A stretch of DNA of 64,000 nucleotides from Paracoccus sp. (in: a-proteobacteria) (GTDB taxonomy: Bacteria; Pseudomonadota; Alphaproteobacteria; Rhodobacterales; Rhodobacteraceae): positions 616 through 64,615 of the forward strand of contig NZ_DALZMB010000008.1 of assembly GCF_032007265.1 (NCBI RefSeq), in the 5' to 3' direction. Of the stretch, positions 19,892 through 27,472 are shown piece after piece. A program made the translations under genes and the position numbers. The notes beneath the pieces were generated by a model, which was given only the letters and a program-made list of their open reading frames with translations, made no database searches and was not told the origin of the DNA. How positions within the stretch are numbered: the first letter of the stretch is position 1; the number at the start of each line of letters is the position of its first letter.

Positions 19892-20593
19892 TTAATCGGC
19901 GACCAGCATATAGCCGGTGCCACGCACGGTATGCAAAAAGCGCGGCTCTTTTGGATCTGCTTCGATCTTGCGGCGCAACCGGGTGATCTGCACGTCGATC
20001 GCGCGCTCGAAATTCTCGCTTGGCTCATCCGAAGGGGTGCGCCCCAGCTCTTCGATCAACTCGGTGCGGCTGACCGGCTCGCCCGGCGTATCGGCCAGCC
20101 TGCGCATCAACACCTGCTCGGTTCCGGTTAGCCGCATGATGGTGTCACCCTGCCACAGCTCACCCTTATCGATGTCATACCGCAGCGCGCCAAGCGTCAG
20201 GAACTTTGGCCCGCGCGCCTCGGATGCTGGCATCCGGCGCAAGATCGCGGCAATCCGCAGCAGCAATTCGCGCGGCTCGAAGGGCTTGGCCAGATAGTCA
20301 TCGGCACCGCTTTCCAGCCCGGTGATCCGGTCACCGATCTCGCCTTTGGCGGTCAGCAACAAGATCGGCGTGCTCATGCGTTTGCGCAGATCGCGCGTCA
20401 GCGTGACCCCATCCTCGCCCGGCATCATGACATCCAAAACGATCAGGTCGAAATCCAGCCCCGCCAGCAACCGCCGGGCATGGGCCGCGTCTGCGGCCGT
20501 GCTGACCAGATAGCCGCTGCGAATCAAAAAGCGCCGCAGCAATGTGCGGATACGCTCATCATCATCAACGATTAGGATATGGGCTTCGGTCAC
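19892..20593 (-). CDS. OmpR-family response regulator (PetR/CenR-like)
   Basis: Receiver domain (ILIVDDDERIR, LIVLDVMMPGEDG, LLLTAKG) plus a winged-helix output (IDVQITRLRRKIE...FLHTVRGTGYML). It lies 4 nt downstream of a MarR-like gene, as described for petP-petR in Rhodobacter capsulatus (from memory). Confidence 0.85.
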   Translation of the reverse strand: MTEAHILIVDDDERIRTLLRRFLIRSGYLVSTAADAAHARRLLAGLDFDLIVLDVMMPGEDGVTLTRDLRKRMSTPILLLTAKGEIGDRITGLESGADDYLAKPFEPRELLLRIAAILRRMPASEARGPKFLTLGALRYDIDKGELWQGDTIMRLTGTEQVLMRRLADTPGEPVSRTELIEELGRTPSDEPSENFERAIDVQITRLRRKIEADPKEPRFLHTVRGTGYMLVAD

Positions 20594-20597
20594 AGGA

Positions 20598-21113
20598 TCA
20601 CGCTTCGTTTTCGGGTTTCATCGCACGATACTGGCGAAGCGTGTCGCGGTCCATCATCGCTTCCATGACCTGCCGAAAGCCCGCGACGGCCTGCGGGCCG
20701 ACGGTGCGATAGGCATTGCGCAAACGGGTGCGTTGGGGCTCGGACAGGCGGCGCTCCAGCGCGGTCCCGGCATCTGTCAGGTACAAAAGCCGCTCGCGGC
20801 GGTCGCGCCGGCCCACGCGGCTTTCCACCAGCTTGGCCTCGAGCAGCGCCCGCAGCACCCGGTTCAGCGATTGCTTGGTGACTTGCAACACATCCAAAAG
20901 CGCCGAGACTGTCAGCCCCGGCTCGCGGCCAATGAAATACAAAGCGCGGTGATGGGCGCGCCCATAATCAATCTCGTTCAGGATCTGGTCCGGGTCCGAG
21001 GTGAAGGCGCGATAGGAAAAATAGATCGCCTCGATCCCGCGGCGGATCTGCTCATCTGTCAGAAACAACAAGCTTTCGCTGTTGATCCCGCTCACATTCG
21101 GCTTGTCCTGCAT
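20598..21113 (-). CDS. MarR-like transcriptional regulator (PetP-like)
   Basis: wHTH segment LTVSALLDVLQVTKQSLNRVLRALLEAKLVESRVGRRDRRERLLYLT. Operonic with the response regulator. Confidence 0.8.
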   Translation of the reverse strand: MQDKPNVSGINSESLLFLTDEQIRRGIEAIYFSYRAFTSDPDQILNEIDYGRAHHRALYFIGREPGLTVSALLDVLQVTKQSLNRVLRALLEAKLVESRVGRRDRRERLLYLTDAGTALERRLSEPQRTRLRNAYRTVGPQAVAGFRQVMEAMMDRDTLRQYRAMKPENEA

Positions 21114-21266
21114 GGGCCCCCTCCTGCATCATCTTGCTGATTATTACGTCAGCTTTGTTGACTTTCCAATCATAAATGGATAATGATCCGCCAAGATGCG
21201 CAACTTTCTTTGCCTTGAGGCTTCAGTTTCGCAACAATCATTACCGGATAGCAGGTGGAGTGTATT

Positions 21267-22136
21267 ATGGCAGGCGCATATGATGACCGTGACGGCAAGA
21301 TCTGGATGGACGGCAAGCTGGTGGATTGGCGCGATGCGCAGGTCCATATCCTGACCCATGCCCTGCATTACGCAAGCTCGGTCTTTGAAGGAGAGCGTTG
21401 CTACAACGGCAAGATCTTTAAGGGTCACGAGCATTCTCTGCGCCTGATCGAATCGGCACGTCTGCTGGATATGCCCTCGCCCTATACGGCCGAAGAAATC
21501 GATGCTGCAAAAGCCGAGGTTCTGCGCGCCAACGGCTTTGAAAACGCCTATGTCCGCGCGCTGATGTGGCGTGGTTCGGGCACCGAAATGGGCGTTTCGG
21601 CCAAGGGCAACCCGGTTCGCATGGCGGTCGCGGCCTGGGAATGGGGCGCCTATTATGGCGATGCGAAATGGGATGGCGCCAAGCTGGATGTTGCGAAATG
21701 GAAGCGTCCTGACCCGGAAACCATTCCGGTCGCCGCAAAGGCCGCGGGTCTTTATATGATTTGCACCATGTCCAAACATGCCGCCGAAGCCAAAGGCTGC
21801 TCGGATGCTTTGTTCATGGATTGGGAAGGCAATGTCGCCGAGGCCACCGGCGCGAATATCTTCTTTACCAAAAATGGCGAAGTGCATACGCCGCTGGCCG
21901 ACCGCTTTTTGAACGGCATCACGCGTCAGACAGTCATCGGCCTGCTGAAAGATGCGGGGGTTACGGTCCATGAGCGTCGCATTCGCCCGGAAGAGCTGGC
22001 CGATTTCGATGAATGCTGGCTGACCGGCACCGCAGCCGAGGTCACCCCGGTTGCCCAGATCGGCGATTGGAAATTCGCAATCGGCCCGATCGCGCGCCAG
22101 ACCTCGGACAGCTACGAAAAGCTTGTGCGCGCCTGA
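21267..22136 (+). CDS. ilvE: Branched-chain amino acid aminotransferase
   Basis: Class IV aminotransferase pattern (HALHYASSVFEGERCY, GLYMICTMSKHAA, EATGANIFF). ATG 21267 with a GGTGGAG SD. Confidence 0.93.
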   Translation: MAGAYDDRDGKIWMDGKLVDWRDAQVHILTHALHYASSVFEGERCYNGKIFKGHEHSLRLIESARLLDMPSPYTAEEIDAAKAEVLRANGFENAYVRALMWRGSGTEMGVSAKGNPVRMAVAAWEWGAYYGDAKWDGAKLDVAKWKRPDPETIPVAAKAAGLYMICTMSKHAAEAKGCSDALFMDWEGNVAEATGANIFFTKNGEVHTPLADRFLNGITRQTVIGLLKDAGVTVHERRIRPEELADFDECWLTGTAAEVTPVAQIGDWKFAIGPIARQTSDSYEKLVRA

Positions 22137-22152
22137 TCCCGACATTTGTCAC

Positions 22153-22187
22153 AAAGCCGACCGTGGCATCCGCCCGGTCGGCTTTTT
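22153..22187. terminator. Terminator after ilvE, probably bidirectional
   Basis: AAAGCCGACCG-loop-CGGTCGGCTTTTT. The T-run is on the plus strand and TTTG on the minus strand. Confidence 0.7.
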
Positions 22188-22233
22188 CTATGAAATCACG
22201 CAGTTTATTTGCGCGGCTTGCGCGAATACGGGA

Positions 22234-22425
22234 TCAGACCTCGCGGCCACGCGCGATTCTGGTGAACTCAACGGCGCGATGGTTGGTCTCTTGCGAGCGC
22301 GAATTGGGTCGGGAATGCAGAGCCTTGATCGCGGGATGCACGCCGCCCTCGCGCTCTTGACGCAAATAGCTTTCAAGGCGCGCGCTCGAATGGGGCTGGG
22401 CCTGCTTTGCAGATTGATCAGTCAT
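22234..22425 (-). CDS. Small basic hypothetical protein (63 aa) downstream of ptsN
   Basis: Internal Met of track ORF 22234..22650. ATG 22425 is preceded by GGAAAGG. The protein is MTDQSAKQAQPHSSARLESYLRQEREGGVHPAIKALHSRPNSRSQETNHRAVEFTRIARGREV. By my count 42 of 63 third positions are G or C. It is followed by the bidirectional terminator. I do not recognise a family. Confidence 0.35.
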   Translation of the reverse strand: MTDQSAKQAQPHSSARLESYLRQEREGGVHPAIKALHSRPNSRSQETNHRAVEFTRIARGREV

Positions 22426-22492
22426 AGAAAATGCCTTTCCTGGACCTATGGCAGGTCCAGTATAGCCATTTTCCCATGATGAAGCAGAAGAA

Positions 22493-22957
22493 TTATGCCG
22501 CTTTTGCGCCCGGCGCGCCAACCAGCAGCGCATGCAGCGCGACCGGGTCGTCATTGGCACGCAATTTATTGCGCAGATCCTGATCACGCAACGTCCGTGA
22601 CACCAGCGCAAGCGCCTTAAGGTGGTCGACGCCCGTGCTTTTGGGCGCAAGCAAGGCGAAAATCAGATCGACAGGCTGGCGATCAACAGCGTCAAAATCC
22701 AAGGGCTTTTCAAGGCGCAGGAACAGCCCGACGACGCGGTCAAGCCCATGCAGTCGCGCATGGGGCAAGGCTACCCCGTGACCAACGCCCGTCGGGCCAA
22801 GGCTTTCACGCTCTTGCAAGGCATCCAGCGTTTGAGCGGCATCTACTCGATAAACCGAGCGCGCGAGTTCTGAAATTTCCTGAAAGAGCCGTTTCTTGCT
22901 GGTGGTCTGTGCGAGAGTTTTCACTGCCGCCGGCAAGAGGATGTCGCCAATTTGCAT
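22493..22957 (-). CDS. ptsN: PTS EIIA(Ntr) nitrogen regulatory protein
   Basis: Phosphorylation-site context GPTGVGHGVALPHAR. Conserved position after hpf. Confidence 0.9.
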   Translation of the reverse strand: MQIGDILLPAAVKTLAQTTSKKRLFQEISELARSVYRVDAAQTLDALQERESLGPTGVGHGVALPHARLHGLDRVVGLFLRLEKPLDFDAVDRQPVDLIFALLAPKSTGVDHLKALALVSRTLRDQDLRNKLRANDDPVALHALLVGAPGAKAA

Positions 22958-23024
22958 ATCTTATTATCCCAGTCCCGGCTGCATAAAGCAACCGGGACAA
23001 TTGATCGGCTCAGTGCCGATGGCC

Positions 23025-23606
23025 CTATTGAGCCAAACTGCGAGGGTCGATCCAGCCGACGTTTCCGTCATCGCGGCTATAAACGACGTTCACGCCCCCA
23101 TGTTTTTCGTTCCGGAAGACCAAAAGCGGTTTGCCGGCCAGTTCCATCTGCATCACGGCCTCACCCACCGAAAGAGTCGGCACGCGCGCTTCCATTTCCG
23201 CAATGATCATCGGTTGCGGCTGGCCGTCGCCCTGCGCTTCCCATTGATCATCATCAGAGGCGAGCACATATAGGTCTGCCGTACCGAAGGCAACGGGTTC
23301 CGTACGGTCCTTATAGTGATCTTTCAGGCGGCGTTTGTAGCGGCGAAGCTGCTTGTCCATGCGTTCGCGGCACTGCTCAAACGCGGCATATACCTCTGTG
23401 GCGCGGCCCTGAGCCTGTGCAGTCAGCCCAGTGGAAAGATGTACAACCGTATCACAAAGATATTCATGCGCGCTGCGGGAAAAAACGACGGTGGCATCAG
23501 TCGGACGTTGAGCGTATTTTTCAATCGTCTCACCAAGCTCGGTCTTGACGTGAGAGGCAAGGGCCTCGCCAATGTCCATCTGCCTTCCGCTGATCTGGTA
23601 GCGCAT
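23025..23606 (-). CDS. hpf: Ribosome hibernation promoting factor (long form)
   Basis: Sigma-54 modulation/S30EA N-domain (MRYQISGRQMDIGEALASHVK...) plus a C-terminal dimerisation region (VPTLSVGEAVMQMEL...LVFRN...VNVVYSRDDGNVGWIDP). Trimmed to ATG 23606. Confidence 0.9.
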   Translation of the reverse strand: MRYQISGRQMDIGEALASHVKTELGETIEKYAQRPTDATVVFSRSAHEYLCDTVVHLSTGLTAQAQGRATEVYAAFEQCRERMDKQLRRYKRRLKDHYKDRTEPVAFGTADLYVLASDDDQWEAQGDGQPQPMIIAEMEARVPTLSVGEAVMQMELAGKPLLVFRNEKHGGVNVVYSRDDGNVGWIDPRSLAQ

Positions 23607-23774
23607 GCTGGTCCGTCCTTTCGGTTGCCCCACTCCGACACGCCATGCCGGACATGCCGGTCTGGGGTGGTGACGCAGGACGCCTATTCGCCTGCGCCAT
23701 ACACCTATTTGTGGATAGCAATGCGCTTCTGTCAACGGGCCTAAGGCACAGTTGTTGCAAACAGTCCGCCAGCC

Positions 23775-24563
23775 CTAGCCCAGAGTGAATCCTTCACCCA
23801 GATAGACACGGCGAACCTGTGGATCTGCGACGATTTCTTCTGGTGAGCCCGACCGCAGGACATGCCCATCATGCAAGATATAAGCGCGATCAACGATGCC
23901 AAGCGTCTCGCGAACGTTATGATCTGTGATCAAAACGCCGATGCCGCGCCCCTTCAGGTCCTGCACCAGCCCGCGAATTTCGCCCACGGCAATCGGATCG
24001 ACCCCGGCAAAGGGTTCATCCAGCAGCAGATAGCGCGGATTGGATGCCAGACAGCGTGCGATCTCGACCCTGCGGCGTTCCCCGCCCGACAGGGCCATGG
24101 CAGGCGCCTTGCGCAGATGGCCGATCGAGAAATCGCCCAACAGCTCTTCCAGACGATCGCGACGATCATGGGCATCGCGGGTCACAACTTCCAGAACCGC
24201 TGCAATGTTCTGCTCGACCGTCAGCCCGCGAAAAATCGACATTTCCTGCGGCAGATAGCCGATTCCTAGCTGAGCACGGCGATACATTGGCAGGGTCGTA
24301 GCATCGCGACCGTCAATACGGACCTGCCCGGAATCAGGCGCAATCAGCCCGGCGATACAATAAAAACAGGTGGTCTTGCCCGAGCCGTTCGGCCCCAGCA
24401 GCGCCACCACCTCGCCCGCGCCCAGATCCATCGAGACATCGCGGATCACCGGACGGTTGCGATAGGATTTGCGCAGCCCACGGACCTCTAGCCCCGTGTC
24501 CAAGGACGCCCGCGTCACCTGTTTGGGGGCCGGATTGACAGAAGTCTGAGTCGTGCTCATCAC
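23775..24563 (-). CDS. lptB: LPS export ABC transporter ATPase
   Basis: Walker A GPNGSGKTT, signature LSGGERRRVEIAR and Walker B LLLDEPFAGVD. 4-nt overlap with lptA. Confidence 0.95.
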   Translation of the reverse strand: MMSTTQTSVNPAPKQVTRASLDTGLEVRGLRKSYRNRPVIRDVSMDLGAGEVVALLGPNGSGKTTCFYCIAGLIAPDSGQVRIDGRDATTLPMYRRAQLGIGYLPQEMSIFRGLTVEQNIAAVLEVVTRDAHDRRDRLEELLGDFSIGHLRKAPAMALSGGERRRVEIARCLASNPRYLLLDEPFAGVDPIAVGEIRGLVQDLKGRGIGVLITDHNVRETLGIVDRAYILHDGHVLRSGSPEEIVADPQVRRVYLGEGFTLG

Positions 24564-25054
24564 TGGCTGCCCGGTTGCAGCACGGTCCGCACCCGCCCGC
24601 TGACTTGGGCTGATCCGGTCGCCAGATCCACCTCGACCTTTTCGCCGGCAAGCACGCTTGGGCCTTGGGTCAAGATGACATCTCCGGTCAAAAGAACCTT
24701 GCCGCTGCCAACGCTATAGTCCGCCGCCTGCGCCTCGGCGGCGTCGGGGCCATTGACCAGGGTGACATTTCCACGTGCCTCAAGGCGTTCAATCTTGCGA
24801 TTTGGGCCCTGCGCATAGATCACCGTGACCTTATCGGCAGACAAGCGCATATCCCCCTGCCCGACGACGACATTGCCGCTAAAGACCGCATGGCCGGTTT
24901 TCTGATCCACGCTCAGCTGTTCGGAATTCACCTCGACCGCTGATTTGGGATCGGCCCTTTGGCCGAACTTCACGCTTTGGGCCAAAGCAGGGGCAGCGGC
25001 AAGCGGCATCAGCACAAGCAAAGCGGTGCAGGCAGCGCGAAGCAGTCGGGACAT
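24560..25054 (-). CDS. lptA: LPS transport periplasmic protein LptA (OstA-like)
   Basis: Signal peptide MSRLLRAACTALLVLMPLAAAPALA from ATG 25054 (AGAGGA SD), followed by an OstA-type beta-jellyroll repeat pattern. An alternative ATG at 25102 overlaps the lptC stop. Confidence 0.85.
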   Translation of the reverse strand: MSRLLRAACTALLVLMPLAAAPALAQSVKFGQRADPKSAVEVNSEQLSVDQKTGHAVFSGNVVVGQGDMRLSADKVTVIYAQGPNRKIERLEARGNVTLVNGPDAAEAQAADYSVGSGKVLLTGDVILTQGPSVLAGEKVEVDLATGSAQVSGRVRTVLQPGSQ

Positions 25055-25098
25055 CGGACATCCTCTGTGATCGTCGGAGAGGGAGAACTCCACGCGGG

Positions 25099-25680
25099 TC
25101 ATGGTTGATATACCATCCGTACGCCGCCTGTGAAATCAAGAACATGATCATGCGAGCCATCAGAAAGCCTGCGCAGCTCCATGGCCTGCGCAGTCAAATC
25201 GCCAAAAGGTCCGTGAATATCAACCTGATCGGTTGAAGAGACCCGCCCTTCGGTGACATCAGCCAAAAAGGCCTTGGAGGTCATCGTCCAGCCAGTCGAG
25301 GTGGTCATTGTGACCCCATCGCTTAGGCGAATCGTCGTGCTATCCATCACCCCTGCCCCAGCCACCAGATCAGCGCGCAGGCCCTGCGGGTCGCTCAGCG
25401 TCAGATTGACCGTCTCGATCGTGCCGGGCCGGGTTTCATTGCCCGGATCGGCACTGGTGGCGGTCATATTGATCTCGGTGCCGTCTCGCGACACACCGGC
25501 ATAGGTCGGCGCCACGATCACCGGGCGCTGGTCGATATTTTCGGGTGTAACTTCGGCATAGGGAAGCAGGCTGCTGTCATCGCCCTTATCTCCGCTGAAC
25601 AAGAACAGCGTCGACAACAGCACCAGCGCCGCCAGTGGAAGCAAAATGCGCAGCAAATGAACGATGCGCGTGCGAGACAT
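25099..25680 (-). CDS. lptC: LPS export system protein LptC
   Basis: Single N-terminal TM (LLRILLPLAALVLLSTLFLF) followed by a periplasmic beta-rich domain. Position between kdsD and lptA. Confidence 0.8.
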   Translation of the reverse strand: MSRTRIVHLLRILLPLAALVLLSTLFLFSGDKGDDSSLLPYAEVTPENIDQRPVIVAPTYAGVSRDGTEINMTATSADPGNETRPGTIETVNLTLSDPQGLRADLVAGAGVMDSTTIRLSDGVTMTTSTGWTMTSKAFLADVTEGRVSSTDQVDIHGPFGDLTAQAMELRRLSDGSHDHVLDFTGGVRMVYQP

Positions 25681-25683
25681 GAC

Positions 25684-26628
25684 TTAAACCACCCCGGTCC
25701 GCAAAAAGTCGTGGATATGCAAAAATCCGACGGGCTTGCCGTTCTCGACCACGAAAAGGCTGGTGATCTTGCGGTCCTGCATCTCGGCCAATGCGGCCTC
25801 GGACAGGGCCTGAGGCGAAATCGTACGCGGATTGCGGGTCATCACCTCGGCGGCGGTGCGCGAAAGCAAGCCATCCATGTGGCGACGAAGGTCGCCGTCG
25901 GTGATGATGCCGACCAGCTGGCCTGCCTCATCGGCAACGCCCGTGACGCCAAAGCCCTTTTGGCTGATGGTCAGCAATGCCTCGGACATGGGCGCATCTT
26001 GGCGCACCAAGGGGATGTCGTCATGCATCAGATCGCCCACCTTGGCCAAACGCGCGCCCAGCTTGCCGCCGGGATGAAAGGTGCGGAAATGTTCGGGGGT
26101 GAAGTGGCGATGCTCCATCAGCGCGACCGCCAAGGCATCACCCAGCGCCAAAGTCATCGTAGTCGAGGTCGTCGGCACAATCCCGGACCCGCAGGCCTCG
26201 GGGGCGGTGGGCAAAAGAAGGGCAACATCCGACTGACGCAAAAGCGTGGAATCGGCGCGGCTGGCCACCCCGATCAGCGGGATCGAGAAACGCCGCGTAT
26301 GGGCAACGATATCGGCGATCTCAGGGGTCTCGCCAGAGTTGGACAGCACCAACACGACATCATCCTTGGTGACCATGCCCAGATCGCCGTGGCTGGCTTC
26401 GGCCGGGTGGACGAATTGCGCGGGCGTGCCGGTCGAGGCAAAGGTCGCCGCGATCTTACGTCCAACATGGCCCGACTTACCCATGCCGGATACGATGACC
26501 CGGCCGCGCGCGGCCAGAATCAGATCTGCGGCAGCCGCAAAGCTGTCGTCAAGGCTGTCGATCAACAAAGCCAGACCTTCGGCTTCGGTACGGATCACGC
26601 GTTTCGCGGTTTCAAGATAAGCGTTCAT
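25684..26628 (-). CDS. kdsD: Arabinose-5-phosphate isomerase (KpsF/GutQ family)
   Basis: SIS domain GMGKSGHVGRKIAATFASTGTPA plus tandem C-terminal CBS domains. Confidence 0.9.
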   Translation of the reverse strand: MNAYLETAKRVIRTEAEGLALLIDSLDDSFAAAADLILAARGRVIVSGMGKSGHVGRKIAATFASTGTPAQFVHPAEASHGDLGMVTKDDVVLVLSNSGETPEIADIVAHTRRFSIPLIGVASRADSTLLRQSDVALLLPTAPEACGSGIVPTTSTTMTLALGDALAVALMEHRHFTPEHFRTFHPGGKLGARLAKVGDLMHDDIPLVRQDAPMSEALLTISQKGFGVTGVADEAGQLVGIITDGDLRRHMDGLLSRTAAEVMTRNPRTISPQALSEAALAEMQDRKITSLFVVENGKPVGFLHIHDFLRTGVV

Positions 26629-26637
26629 ATCCGATAC

Positions 26638-27252
26638 CTAATGTTGGAAAATGTCTTTTTCACCCCCCCAGCCCAGCAGATCCAGATGGGCGCGGGCAGG
26701 AAGGAAATCGAAACAGGCCTGCGCCAGACCCAGACGGCCCTCGCGCTCTAGTCGCAACTCAAGCGCATCTTTCAGCGCATGCAGATACAAGACATCGGAT
26801 GCTGCATATTCAAGCTGGGCATCGCTCAGATTGACAGCCCCCCAATCACTGGTCTGCTGCTGCTTGGAAATATCAACGCCCACCATCTCGGATAGCAGGT
26901 ATTTCAGGCCGTGGCGGTCGGTAAAGGTACGCACCATGCGCGAGGCGATCTTGGTGCACCACACCGGAGAGGTGACAACACCAAAGGCGGCCTCCAGCGC
27001 GGCAATATCAAAGCGGCCATAGTGAAACAGCTTCAGCACCGAGGCATCGGTCAGCAGCCGCATCAGATTGGGTGCCTGACGCTGATCCTTGCCGATCTGA
27101 ACCAGATGAGCAGAGCCGTCGCCCGCAGAAAGCTGCACCAGACACAACCGGTCACGCCGGGGATCAAGCCCCATCGTCTCGGTGTCGATGGCCACGATCG
27201 GACCCAGATCCAGGTCGTCAGGCAGATCGTTTTGATAAAGGTTGATGCTCAT
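26638..27252 (-). CDS. Ribonuclease D-like 3'-5' exonuclease (single DEDD domain)
   Basis: Exo motifs VAIDTETMGL, LFHYGRFD and EYAASDVLYLH. Confidence 0.85.
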   Translation of the reverse strand: MSINLYQNDLPDDLDLGPIVAIDTETMGLDPRRDRLCLVQLSAGDGSAHLVQIGKDQRQAPNLMRLLTDASVLKLFHYGRFDIAALEAAFGVVTSPVWCTKIASRMVRTFTDRHGLKYLLSEMVGVDISKQQQTSDWGAVNLSDAQLEYAASDVLYLHALKDALELRLEREGRLGLAQACFDFLPARAHLDLLGWGGEKDIFQH

Positions 27253-27472
27253 CTTACCAGATCCACAGGAATAGAATTAACCCTGCTCTAAACGCTTTCC
27301 CATCGCTTTCGCTACCCCTGATCACCGCAATACCCGATTCCCGCCCCGCAGGCCCCGATCACGCGCAAACGAGGGCCGCCTTGAACGATACGGCCCTTTC
27401 AGAGCGAACAAGCCGCGCATCATCTGCGCGGCTTGGCCAATTTTCAGGTGTTTTTCGCGACAGCTGTCGGAA

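Noticed and set aside
22188-22376. 62-aa minus-strand ORF and the 115/142-aa plus-strand ORFs in the ilvE-ptsN gap
   Set aside because: None has an SD. The plus-strand ones begin inside ilvE out of frame and cross its terminator. Only the 22234..22425 frame has a start context worth reporting.
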